64,000 nucleotides of DNA, from positions 11,387-75,386 of the forward strand of contig JAGGVH010000038.1 of NCBI GenBank assembly GCA_021158105.1, given 5' to 3'. The translations under genes and the position numbers were made by a program. The DNA is from Candidatus Micrarchaeota archaeon (GTDB taxonomy: Archaea > Micrarchaeota > Micrarchaeia > Anstonellales > JAGGVH01). A model generated the notes under the pieces. It did no database searches. It was not told the origin of the DNA and saw only the letters and a program-made list of their open reading frames with translations. Shown here piece by piece: positions 18,640 to 28,501 of the stretch. Numbering within the stretch: position 1 is the stretch's first letter; each line of letters begins with the position of its first letter.

Positions 18640-21600
18640 TCATATTATTCTTATTGTTACTGGTTAATCTTACGTTTTCCATACCAATAACACCAGAAAA
18701 CGAAAGCCAACGAATGTGTGGCCAGCCCACAGCATTCCAGACAAACTTGTTCCTGTCAGTCAACAGAACAAATGTTACAATCATAGGAAGTGCGGTCAAC
18801 CTTACAAACATCAGTGACAGGATCGCGCTCGACAATAAACCAATTTTTGTCAAGGCGGTATGTTCAGACGGCAGCACACACCTGTCCTTCATACAAACAG
18901 ACCCTGAAGGAACTGCAATTTATGACTTATCATCATTATCATCATGCTCAAACTGCACAATTGTTTATTTTATATTTTGCCCGAACACTGAAAATGATAC
19001 TGTTCTTAGGGATTGCTTAAATGTTAATAATACTGTTACACTGCCAGCATTGGGTGGTTCTGCATTATACACATTAAATTATACCTCAGATGTCAAATCC
19101 TACAGGTATTGCCCGCCAACTTCTGCTGACATGCCAAAAGAGGCGTGCATGTTAATCATGTTAATGTTCGGCATACTGGGCGGGGCAATATATTTGTCAG
19201 GGTCGTCGCCGTTCAGGTTCTTCACTGTCCCGCGGATGCGGATGCCAAAGACACAGATGTATCAGGTTAAACCGCAGAGTATGAGCTTTACGATGATGAG
19301 TGTTTCAAGCATTGCAGGCAAGGCAGTGGGCGGGCTTGTAAAATTGGCAGGGAAAGGACTCAAAAAGTTGGGCGTCGGAAAAAAGGGTGACAAGGCAACA
19401 AAAAAAGAAGCTGCTGCAGACCAACCCGAACAGTATAAACCCAAAACGATCTTTGGTAAAGTTTTACAAAACTATAGTGGGTTTGTTGGCATGGTGAACA
19501 TGGCAACAAAAGGAACAATCGGAAAGATTGATATCACTGGAGGTGGGAGAAGCAAAGTAGACAGCAACAGGTTAGCTGCACTTGGCATGGCAGCATTTGC
19601 ACAGGAAGGTGGGATAAACTTTGGCGGAAAAGCATTTAGTGGTGATGTTACAAAGATAAGTGAAAAAATCATTGCAATGATTATTGCAATGATTAAAAAA
19701 ATTCTTGGCATGCTTTTAATGGCACTCTTACCACGACTGTTGGCGTTTTGTCCATTGACAGCAGGAATTGCGGGTTCATTGGAAGGCACCAGTGATTTTC
19801 TGGAAGGTGTGTCATCTTTTTTCAGGTCAGTCGGACTGGGAAAAGCAGCAGATTTTATTGACAAAAACATGGTGAGTAAGATAAGGGGGATATTTAGGTT
19901 GTGGGGCTTGCTTGATAAGTTAGAAGATTTATGCTTAGGCATTGAAACAAGAAAAGGTATGAAATGGTTGGAAGAAATTGCAAAAGGAGTGGAACTTCCT
20001 GAGGAAATTCAAAAGAAACTCAAAAATGGCGAAGCCCTCAGTGACAATGACCTTGAAGAAATAAACAAAAAAATAGAAGACAAAGGATATAAAATGGATA
20101 TGAAGGATGGTTATTTCATTATTCAACACAGAAACTCAAAAGGGAAATGGAAAACTGTCAAACTAGCAAAAGAAGACTTTTCACGTATGCTCAGGATTAT
20201 GCCTGATGACATGCGTGATGCATTACAACCTTTAATAGAATCAATGATCGTAATGTTGGACAAAGGTGCATTCTTAGACAAGTTTGATGCTAAAAATATT
20301 GGTAAGATGAAAGAATGGATTGACAACTTTTCAGAAAAGTATAACAATGCAAAAACAGATAAAAATAAAGAAAAAGTGCTCAATGAATTCAAAAAGAAAT
20401 TGAGAGCACTGGGACTGAACGCAGATGACCCAACTTCAATGGGATTTGAATTTGCAGAGCTCGCAGTAAAAGCAGTAATGGGCGAGAAGGACCAAAACGG
20501 AAAACAGATAACCAGTGATACTGTAATAAATGCGATTGAAAATGCTAAGCAATCCTTAAACCTGAACACTCCCATTGTTGCCATATTATTTGGAAATGCA
20601 TTGAATGCTGCACAAGAAGTAAAAGAATTAGGACTGGGCCATCAGTATTCGGCAGCAGAAGTTGAGAGGAAGATTGATAATGCAAAAGAAGCGATTGAAA
20701 AACTGAAAAAGGAGATTGAACTGCAGACAGACATAATTGACAAAATCAAGAACTCAGATGATATGATAGATTTTGCCATTGCATTAAGAATTAGGGAAAA
20801 GATTGAAGAATTAGAGAGTAAGAAAGAGGCACATACACTATCTGATGATGAAAAGAAAGAATTGGAAAAATATGAGAAGATGTTGGCAGGCAATAAATTC
20901 AAAGATTATTCCATTGATGACTTAAAAGGTATGGAAAAAATTGTCAAAGAAAAGTTCTCTGATGGGTTGCAGCTTGCAGACAGTATTGCAGGTGCAATCA
21001 TTGACAAAAACATTGGTGTAAAACCTGAATTCTCAGACAGTGAGATAACACAGCTGAAAAACAAGCTAAGCAGTATGACAAAAGAAATACGTAAAAATGA
21101 TGTTTTTGAATATGGACTTACTGATAAAAGGGAAGAAATTAATATGTATAAAAAAGACATAAAAGATGCTGAGAAGTTTGCGAAGGGAAGAAGAAATGGT
21201 GAAAAGTTTGCTAATACATTTAAAATTGAAAGCCCAACCGCTCCACCAATCACTGTCAACTTTGATGAATACATTGACAAATTGAAGAAAGACAAGGCTG
21301 AAGCACTTGCCACTGGCGATAGTGCAAAAGCACAAGAGATAGAAACTAAAATAAAAAATGCATATTCAGAAAAGGCCAAACAGTTGCAAGACAGGTATGC
21401 AAAACTTCTCAGTAAACTGGGAAAAGCAGAAGGTGCAAAGCAGCTTAAGATTTGTGGTGAACTTTCAGCACTTGAAGAGGCAATGTACAGTCTTCAGCAA
21501 GACGGAACAACAAACTATTACGAAAACAAGATTGAAGAACTTAAACAGCAAATGATTGATTCACAAAGTAAAGGAGATATAGGAACATATCTGCAAACAC

Positions 21601-23645
21601 AGATAGATATCAGAAAATTAGAAGATGAAATGGACAAAACATTGGGCGGACCAAATAACTATGTTGACATGCAAAAATATAGGATAAACGCGATAACTAC
21701 AACTATCGGGCAATATGATGCATCACTGTTTGGCGTTTCAATCATAAGAGCATTGGACACCAGCAGCAAGGAAAGGTCGCAGTTGTTAGAACAAAAAGGC
21801 AGACTGGTTCAGAACAAGACATTGATTAAACAACAACTTGATAATATTAAACAGCTAAAACAAGTAATGTATGACACACCTTTTGCCCAGGAAAAGATAA
21901 AACAACTTGACATGGAAGAAAAAGAACTAACCAAACAATTGAAAGACATCGATTCAAAAATAGATAAGATTGATATCAAAATAAGTGCAATTGACAGCAA
22001 AGGCTCCACTGCAGCAGTTGCATGGGCAAACTCGTCATACATGCTGAGTACATATGAACTGACCAAGCATAGTCCAATGGAGGACTATTCAAAAGAGGAA
22101 AAAATTAATGTGTTGAAAACTGGCGCGTTCACTGACACATTTAATTCATACTCTCAGATTTACAACCAAACAGCAAACGACCCGTTGCTTTCTCAAACTT
22201 ATGCAAATTATATAGGATATATGACAACTGAAAACTTTATTGATTATTCTGAAAGGTTAAAAGATTCTGCAAAATGGGTTAATGAACAAACGCAAAAGAT
22301 TGAAAAAGTAAACAAAGAATTTAACACTGAAAAAGAAGACATCCTGAAGTCAGCACAAGAGATTGCCAGCAAACAAAAAGAAGTCATAACAACAACCGCA
22401 AACATACCTTGGGGCAGGATTGAACAGCAAAGAGAAACAATAGAAAACTTAAAAACACAAAGGGACGAACTGGCACAACAGAACAAGGAGATAAGAGAAA
22501 GGTTGGATACAATACAAACAGAAAAAGAAAAATTGGTTTTCATGATCGCCACATCCCCCCAACCCCAAAAAATAAGAGACAAGATTGATAAACTTAAAAA
22601 GGAAGAGCAAGACCTGCAAAAGCAGTGGGAAGACAACGATTCAGAGATTGACAGGATTGATATTGAGATAAACGCAATAAACACCAAGATAAATGATGCA
22701 ACAGAACCTCTCAATAAACTAGAAAAAGAAATAAGAAATGCGCAAACTGATTTAAGCAAGAAAGTAACAACAATTGATGTTGAAGTTAATGAAAGTTTGT
22801 TTGAAAATGAGGTATGGTATGCAACTGAAATAGTAGAAGCTGTTGAATATAAATCAAAAAGTGAAGAAAAAATATTTAGTAATATAATCACTCCTGGTGT
22901 TACTACACAGTACAGAAAAATTGGTGATGAGATAAGAAAGATAAGGGACAACTTTGAAAGTGTGAAAGAAAATGGCGGCGGGGCAATCAGTGCAGATATT
23001 TCAAGCAAACTTGCAACTACGATAATAACTGCTGACAAGGCATACTCACAAACAATATCTGCAATATATCTAAATGAACATCCAACAGGTAGCATGTTGG
23101 AAGTATTAGGTATAAAGAATGTTAGGAGTAAAGAGAAATGGTTTAAGAACTTTAATAAGAGTGCAAAGAGGATCAGTTTGGGCATTAAAAACACTTTGCA
23201 GAACATACTTGACAGTAATGTTGCCAGCAACACAATCAATTTAGAAGAAGGATTGGCTCAGAATAAAGAATTGAACAAAAAATTAGAGGACGCTCAGGCT
23301 CATGGTGATGAAACAGAAGTTGAGCAACTTGAAACAAAAATAAAAGAAGTCGACGCTCAAAACCAGTCAATACTAACAGAATTGAACAGCACCCTTAGAG
23401 GAGAAGGTTCCCAGCTGGAGCGGTTGACAAACATAAACATAGAATCAAAGATACTTGTAAACAGCACAAAGTCGCCAGCATCATCATGGAGAGAATGGAA
23501 TGAAATAAGGGAAGGGTGGATCAGGGGTGCACCAAGATTAGATACTGAAACAGTTAAACGTAAGAACGAAACTACTGATGAACATGATAAACCTGTAGCA
23601 AAAGGAAAAAATGGAAAACAGTCTTCATCTTCTGACAAGGGGTGA
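18576..23645 (+). CDS. Giant membrane-anchored coiled-coil protein (1689 aa)
   Basis: Signal peptide, small Cys/sequon-rich domain, TM CMLIMLMFGILGGAIYLSGSSPF, a second hydrophobic segment, then over 1200 aa of K/E/Q-rich helical sequence. Confidence 0.7.
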   Translation: MQRDSGKGKRKRSNRTWRSILIILFLLLLVNLTFSIPITPENESQRMCGQPTAFQTNLFLSVNRTNVTIIGSAVNLTNISDRIALDNKPIFVKAVCSDGSTHLSFIQTDPEGTAIYDLSSLSSCSNCTIVYFIFCPNTENDTVLRDCLNVNNTVTLPALGGSALYTLNYTSDVKSYRYCPPTSADMPKEACMLIMLMFGILGGAIYLSGSSPFRFFTVPRMRMPKTQMYQVKPQSMSFTMMSVSSIAGKAVGGLVKLAGKGLKKLGVGKKGDKATKKEAAADQPEQYKPKTIFGKVLQNYSGFVGMVNMATKGTIGKIDITGGGRSKVDSNRLAALGMAAFAQEGGINFGGKAFSGDVTKISEKIIAMIIAMIKKILGMLLMALLPRLLAFCPLTAGIAGSLEGTSDFLEGVSSFFRSVGLGKAADFIDKNMVSKIRGIFRLWGLLDKLEDLCLGIETRKGMKWLEEIAKGVELPEEIQKKLKNGEALSDNDLEEINKKIEDKGYKMDMKDGYFIIQHRNSKGKWKTVKLAKEDFSRMLRIMPDDMRDALQPLIESMIVMLDKGAFLDKFDAKNIGKMKEWIDNFSEKYNNAKTDKNKEKVLNEFKKKLRALGLNADDPTSMGFEFAELAVKAVMGEKDQNGKQITSDTVINAIENAKQSLNLNTPIVAILFGNALNAAQEVKELGLGHQYSAAEVERKIDNAKEAIEKLKKEIELQTDIIDKIKNSDDMIDFAIALRIREKIEELESKKEAHTLSDDEKKELEKYEKMLAGNKFKDYSIDDLKGMEKIVKEKFSDGLQLADSIAGAIIDKNIGVKPEFSDSEITQLKNKLSSMTKEIRKNDVFEYGLTDKREEINMYKKDIKDAEKFAKGRRNGEKFANTFKIESPTAPPITVNFDEYIDKLKKDKAEALATGDSAKAQEIETKIKNAYSEKAKQLQDRYAKLLSKLGKAEGAKQLKICGELSALEEAMYSLQQDGTTNYYENKIEELKQQMIDSQSKGDIGTYLQTQIDIRKLEDEMDKTLGGPNNYVDMQKYRINAITTTIGQYDASLFGVSIIRALDTSSKERSQLLEQKGRLVQNKTLIKQQLDNIKQLKQVMYDTPFAQEKIKQLDMEEKELTKQLKDIDSKIDKIDIKISAIDSKGSTAAVAWANSSYMLSTYELTKHSPMEDYSKEEKINVLKTGAFTDTFNSYSQIYNQTANDPLLSQTYANYIGYMTTENFIDYSERLKDSAKWVNEQTQKIEKVNKEFNTEKEDILKSAQEIASKQKEVITTTANIPWGRIEQQRETIENLKTQRDELAQQNKEIRERLDTIQTEKEKLVFMIATSPQPQKIRDKIDKLKKEEQDLQKQWEDNDSEIDRIDIEINAINTKINDATEPLNKLEKEIRNAQTDLSKKVTTIDVEVNESLFENEVWYATEIVEAVEYKSKSEEKIFSNIITPGVTTQYRKIGDEIRKIRDNFESVKENGGGAISADISSKLATTIITADKAYSQTISAIYLNEHPTGSMLEVLGIKNVRSKEKWFKNFNKSAKRISLGIKNTLQNILDSNVASNTINLEEGLAQNKELNKKLEDAQAHGDETEVEQLETKIKEVDAQNQSILTELNSTLRGEGSQLERLTNINIESKILVNSTKSPASSWREWNEIREGWIRGAPRLDTETVKRKNETTDEHDKPVAKGKNGKQSSSSDKG

Positions 23646-23649
23646 TTGA

Positions 23650-24450
23650 ATGATTTCAAACAAGATGGTAGTATATGCGCTGTTGCTCATTGCAATAGCT
23701 ACTTTATTGTTATCATTCTACATTGGCGGCGCAATACCTTTCCTGTTCCCGTTGAACCTGATTTTGGTCCTGATAGCGCTTGCACTGTGGAAATTCGGTT
23801 ATCTGTTCACCCCAATATTGGGTGGAGTGATAAGGTCAGACATTCAGATTGGGAAATATGAAATATTGCCAAGCTTAGACGGGATATACCGAAAAGCAAA
23901 CGGGCAATATTATGTTTCAAAATTCTTGACAGCCAACATTTATGAGTCAACAACTGAAAAGACTGAAAGCCAGAAAGGGTTGATGATGGAATATTTTGAA
24001 CGTGCGATAACATCGTTTAAATATCCTGTCAAGATCTCAATGCTTGTTAGAAACATTGACCTTACAAAAAAGCTTGAAGAACTGCGCGCTGAACGTAGCA
24101 GGCTTGAAACACGGAAGGGACACCTAGCAAATGATAACCCACAAAAGAACGCTCCACAGATCTCAATCATTGACAGGAAGATTGCCATGGTTAACAAGGA
24201 ACTTGAAAGACTGACGACTGGCGATAAACCAATGGAAGTTGTATCGCTGATAATGATAACTGCAAAAGGCGCAGGCATTGATGAAGCTAAGATGAAAGCT
24301 GAAGCGCACGCAAAAGAAGTTCAAGCAGTAGTAGGCAACGCATTAGGTGTGGAGGTGTTGCCGTTGAGGGGTAATGAAATGTTGAAAGCGTTTGACTTTC
24401 AATTTTTTATCCCGAGCGACAGTGGAGAGTTTACTGACATGCTTGAATAA
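23650..24450 (+). CDS. Two-TM membrane protein with coiled-coil insert; probable ATPase partner (VirB3/VirB4-N-like)
   Basis: Two N-terminal hydrophobic helices, then an alpha/beta domain interrupted by a coiled coil. Lies directly upstream of the ATPase. Confidence 0.55.
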   Translation: MISNKMVVYALLLIAIATLLLSFYIGGAIPFLFPLNLILVLIALALWKFGYLFTPILGGVIRSDIQIGKYEILPSLDGIYRKANGQYYVSKFLTANIYESTTEKTESQKGLMMEYFERAITSFKYPVKISMLVRNIDLTKKLEELRAERSRLETRKGHLANDNPQKNAPQISIIDRKIAMVNKELERLTTGDKPMEVVSLIMITAKGAGIDEAKMKAEAHAKEVQAVVGNALGVEVLPLRGNEMLKAFDFQFFIPSDSGEFTDMLE

Positions 24451-24483
24451 CCACAAACATTGTAGACAAGACAAGGTGGAAAC

Positions 24484-26016
24484 ATGTATCTCAAACCTAA
24501 TAAGATTATAAGTTCAAAACTTGCAATGAGGCGGATTTGGGTCCATCCCCCTGAACCTCCAAAGAGTTTTCTGCTCAGTGATCCCGCAAAGGGTGTATAT
24601 CTAACAAAAACTAAACTGTTCAATGTCCCATTCTTCTGGGATTTTAGGAAACTTATAAACCCCCACATCGCAGTCGTTGGAGTTACTGGTGCTGGCAAGT
24701 CATACCTAGTAAAAACATTCCTGACCCGTGCAAACCTGACATGGAACACTAATGCAATGATAATTGACTGGGTCGGAGAATACAATGACTGGGTTAAACA
24801 GACCGGCGGTCATACTTTGCATTTTGGCAGGGGCGAATACCTTAATTTATTAGACCTGGCAGGCATGAAACCAATACAAAGAGTTAAACAGATCATCAGC
24901 GCATTAGAGATATTGACGGACATTGGAAAGTATCCTGTCCAGAAAAGGTTTACAGAAGATGCACTGATGAACACATACAAAAATCACGGGTTTGAACTTA
25001 CAAAAAAATCTAATAATAAACCGCCAGTGTTGTCAGATGTTATAAAAGAACTTGAGAAGATTAAAAACAAACAGAAAACTGAAAAGAAAAAGGATGACGT
25101 TCAAGAATGCATCCACAGGTTAAAACCCATGACAATAAAAGGTAATGATTACTTTGCACACCATTCAACCATCAACCTTGACAAGATCATAAAGATGGGG
25201 CTTGTCAACATCGACCTTCACGAACTACCATCAGAAGAGATGAGGAGTTTGGCAGGGCTAACCATCCTCCAGATGTTAAAAGAAAAGATGAGGTTTGAGG
25301 GTTGGTCGCCTGAGAAGGGATTAAAACTGTTCATTGTTGCTGACGAGGCATGGAAGATTGCAAAAGATGACAGGAGCGACCTGATAACCATTGTCAGAGA
25401 AGGAAGGAAGTACCAGTTCGGACTGATCGTGGCCAGTCAAAATCCTACTGACATTCACAAGGATATATTTTCAAACGTTGGCACATTGTTCATAATGAGG
25501 TTAATGTTTAAGGAATTTAAGGAGCATGTGCGGTCATCATTACACTATTCTGATTACATTGCAGAACAGATTGACAAGCTTGGTGTGGGCGAATCGATTG
25601 TATACTTGGGTTATGCACAAAAAACTGATTTTAGCAATGTTGTAATATTAAACAAGATTGATGGTGAAGAGCCTTTAATAAATTATACATTAAAAGGTGA
25701 TAAGATGGAAGTTACATTTATGAAAGAGAAATTTAAAAGACAATTAAAAGAGTTTGGACTGAACACGCAACAGATTAAAAATGTATGTGCAATGTTTGAA
25801 GAGCATGACAATGTAATCCATGTGCTACAACTGATTGAACAGCTTGAGAAGTATGGTTTCGGTCCGTCGTTAATCATAACATTCATGAGGGAATTGGGGC
25901 TAAAAGAAGGTGAACTGATCCCGTTATTCTCAAGATTGCAAAGGAAAAAGATGGGTATAGAGTCTGACAAACTTGTACGGTTGGTGGTTGAAGATGAAGA
26001 AACTAAAGAAAAGTAA
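24484..26016 (+). CDS. FtsK/HerA/VirB4-class P-loop ATPase (DUF87/CedB-like)
   Basis: HIAVVGVTGAGKS, IIDWVGEY, Walker B VADEAWK, arginine finger REGRKY, and ASQ. No N-terminal HAS barrel. Confidence 0.85.
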   Translation: MYLKPNKIISSKLAMRRIWVHPPEPPKSFLLSDPAKGVYLTKTKLFNVPFFWDFRKLINPHIAVVGVTGAGKSYLVKTFLTRANLTWNTNAMIIDWVGEYNDWVKQTGGHTLHFGRGEYLNLLDLAGMKPIQRVKQIISALEILTDIGKYPVQKRFTEDALMNTYKNHGFELTKKSNNKPPVLSDVIKELEKIKNKQKTEKKKDDVQECIHRLKPMTIKGNDYFAHHSTINLDKIIKMGLVNIDLHELPSEEMRSLAGLTILQMLKEKMRFEGWSPEKGLKLFIVADEAWKIAKDDRSDLITIVREGRKYQFGLIVASQNPTDIHKDIFSNVGTLFIMRLMFKEFKEHVRSSLHYSDYIAEQIDKLGVGESIVYLGYAQKTDFSNVVILNKIDGEEPLINYTLKGDKMEVTFMKEKFKRQLKEFGLNTQQIKNVCAMFEEHDNVIHVLQLIEQLEKYGFGPSLIITFMRELGLKEGELIPLFSRLQRKKMGIESDKLVRLVVEDEETKEK

Positions 26017-26761
26017 AGATATTAAGAAAGTTAAAGCATCTAAGAATACTGAAAAAAACACAGTGAAAGAAAATGTCATAACACTCACCGGCAAACGTAT
26101 TAAGAGCATTAATGAACTTAAGAATGCAATTGAAAAATTAGGGTTCAGAGAAATTGACATCAAAAAGAATGTAATGACGGTTAAAGTTGTTGAGAGGGAA
26201 ACCATCAAAGGCGCTCCCTACCTTTACATATCAATCACATTCGAACCTGACAAAATGGTTGTAGAATACAATGTTCCAAAAGATTACAGTAAAAATCTTA
26301 GGGCTTTTGAAGTCGCAAGCTTGCTGCTCAGGATATTGCTCCTAACAAAAGCATATGACATTAAAAGCGAAAAGATATACAAAATGATATTTGACGTGTT
26401 TGACACTGTCAACGAGATATTAACAAAGGATTATGTCAAACTTAAGAGCAGATATGACAACCTTGCCGAGGAGCACAGAAAACTTAAAATGCAATTTGAT
26501 GAAACTGAAAAGATAAACAGAAAGATCAACAAGACGATGTTAGAAATTGAAAAACGAAACCAAGAATTTGAAGAAAGGATTAAAAAGCTTGAAAGTGTAA
26601 GTAATGAAACACTTGAAGAGATGTTGATAGACTGGTTAAAAACAAACAGTGGCAGGATTAATGTTTATGAGTTCTCAAAAGTCAACAACATTTCGTCCCC
26701 CAGAGTTGAAGAAGGGTTGGATATATTAATGAAGAAAGGTGTCATTGAAAAGGTTGAATAA
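25994..26761 (+). CDS. Coiled-coil protein with C-terminal winged-helix-like domain
   Basis: Heptad-rich centre. C-terminus LIDWLK..GRINVYEFS....SPRVEEGLDILMKKGVI has a wHTH pattern. Overlaps the ATPase stop. Confidence 0.6.
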   Translation: MKKLKKSKDIKKVKASKNTEKNTVKENVITLTGKRIKSINELKNAIEKLGFREIDIKKNVMTVKVVERETIKGAPYLYISITFEPDKMVVEYNVPKDYSKNLRAFEVASLLLRILLLTKAYDIKSEKIYKMIFDVFDTVNEILTKDYVKLKSRYDNLAEEHRKLKMQFDETEKINRKINKTMLEIEKRNQEFEERIKKLESVSNETLEEMLIDWLKTNSGRINVYEFSKVNNISSPRVEEGLDILMKKGVIEKVE

Positions 26762-26770
26762 GTGGTAAGT

Positions 26771-26893
26771 ATGGGCAAATGTTTGAAGTTTAGGTTGCTA
26801 TCATCAGAAAAGGTTTCAAGAGTGTTCATCGTCAAAGAAACAAAACAAAACCTGTTCCAGAAACTTGTTTCATTGTTCAAAAAAACTGAATAA
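26771..26893 (+). CDS. Small 40-aa protein with C-terminal amphipathic helix
   Basis: MGKCLKFRLLSSEKVSRVFIVKETKQNLFQKLVSLFKKTE fills the gap between two genes. A GTGGT SD-like sequence precedes it. Confidence 0.45.
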   Translation: MGKCLKFRLLSSEKVSRVFIVKETKQNLFQKLVSLFKKTE

Positions 26894-26911
26894 AAGTAAA
26901 AGGTGTGTTGA

Positions 26912-28474
26912 ATGGCAGTCATAAGATATCAAAAGGAATATGTTGATAAAATATTGGGCGATTATTCTATACTCCCAGAATTGGGCGTCCAAGTCGAAAC
27001 TGAGAAAGATGAAAACAAAGGAGTTGAAGAGGTCGAGTTTGAAATCACACCTGACAGGCCAGACATGTTAAGCATTTATGGGTTACGCAGACTGCTCGAC
27101 GTATATAAAACTAAAAAGCCAAGGTTGTATGAACTAGAATCAAAAAAACCATACGGTGAAATAATCATTGACCCTTCTGTTAAAGACATCAGACCGTACA
27201 TTGTCGGTGCAGTAGTCAAAGGGGTTGACATATCAGATGATGATTTGAAAGATTTAATGCAGTTTCAGGAAAAGATTCATACAACATACGGCAGAAAACG
27301 AAGGAAGATAGCGATCGGGATACACAACTTGTCAGTTATAGAGTTTCCTGTAACTTATCGCAAGGATAAGCTTGACAGGGTAGTCTTCACACCGTTAGAA
27401 GAAACAAAAAAGATGACTGGGGAGGACGTTGTTAACAAGACTGAAAAGGGCAAAGCATACGCGCACCTGACAAAAGACGGTGAAGCAGTATTTGTTTTTG
27501 ATAAGAAAGGGGTAGTTTCACTGCCGCCGATAATCAACGCAGACAGGACCAAACTTACCCCGGGAAAGCAGGACATATTTATTGATATGACTGGCACCGA
27601 CCTTAATGCATTAACCAAAGGACTGAACATGATCGTAACAATATTATCTGAGATGGGTGGCAGGATTGAACCTGTAAAGGTAAACGGTGAAATATATCCA
27701 AAACTAACTTACAATAAATACAACATCCCAAAAAAATACATTGACATGTTTATCGATAAGAAACTAAAAGATAATGAAATCAAAAAACTTCTGATGTCTA
27801 TGGATTGGGTAGTTAAAGGCGATTATGTATGCTCGCAACCATACAGGACAGACATCATAAGCGAGGTTGACATTGCTGAAGACGTATTGATCGCATACGG
27901 CTACAAAAATATAACGCCGGAATATCCTAACCTTCCAACAATAGGCAAACAGAAAAAAGAACACATATTCCACAAAATATTAACAGGATTAGGGTTCCTT
28001 GAAATCAAGACATGGACGTTGACCAACGAGACCAAGCTCAAGAATGCAAACACAACAAGCAAAGAACTCATAAAAATATTAAACCCGCTGAGTGAAGAGT
28101 TCACTGTATTCAGGCCAACACTGCTCCCGGGAATATTAACCGTCCTGAATGAAAGCAAGAAGGTTGCAATGCCTCATAAAATTTATGAGCTTGGCGTGGT
28201 TGCACCCCCAGAGAGAGAAATGTTGGGTGTTGGCATGTGCTACCCAGGCGCAACATTTTCACACATCCGTTCCATCGTTCAATCACTTATAACAGAAACA
28301 GGTGTTAATGCAGAAATCAAGGAACATGATGACAACAGATTTATCCCTGGAAGGTGCGCAGTTGTAATGATAAATGGTAAAAGGTATGGTGTGTTTGGCG
28401 AAATTCATCCTTTAATCATTGAACGGTTTGGCATAGAACAACCTGTGTTATACTTTGAAACAGAATTATGGTAA
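26912..28474 (+). CDS. pheT: Phenylalanyl-tRNA synthetase beta subunit
   Basis: EITPDRPDMLS, QEKIH..GRKRRKIAIGIH, SLPPIINA, YRTDII.EVDIAEDV, GVFGEIHP. Confidence 0.95.
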   Translation: MAVIRYQKEYVDKILGDYSILPELGVQVETEKDENKGVEEVEFEITPDRPDMLSIYGLRRLLDVYKTKKPRLYELESKKPYGEIIIDPSVKDIRPYIVGAVVKGVDISDDDLKDLMQFQEKIHTTYGRKRRKIAIGIHNLSVIEFPVTYRKDKLDRVVFTPLEETKKMTGEDVVNKTEKGKAYAHLTKDGEAVFVFDKKGVVSLPPIINADRTKLTPGKQDIFIDMTGTDLNALTKGLNMIVTILSEMGGRIEPVKVNGEIYPKLTYNKYNIPKKYIDMFIDKKLKDNEIKKLLMSMDWVVKGDYVCSQPYRTDIISEVDIAEDVLIAYGYKNITPEYPNLPTIGKQKKEHIFHKILTGLGFLEIKTWTLTNETKLKNANTTSKELIKILNPLSEEFTVFRPTLLPGILTVLNESKKVAMPHKIYELGVVAPPEREMLGVGMCYPGATFSHIRSIVQSLITETGVNAEIKEHDDNRFIPGRCAVVMINGKRYGVFGEIHPLIIERFGIEQPVLYFETELW

Positions 28475-28501
28475 ACCACAATCAAAATTTAAGGTGATTA
28501 A

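Noticed and set aside
22244-23239. 331-aa antisense ORF, and similar S/F/L-rich shadow ORFs elsewhere
   Set aside because: They mirror K/E-rich sense codons and have no motifs or start signals.
24484-26016. Canonical DNA-repair HerA
   Set aside because: No HAS barrel and no nurA/mre11/rad50 neighbours; the context is a membrane operon.
6354-26761. Archaellum or type IV pilus locus
   Set aside because: The ATPase is FtsK/HerA class rather than PilB/ArlI, and no class III signal-peptide pilins or TadC-like genes were recognised.
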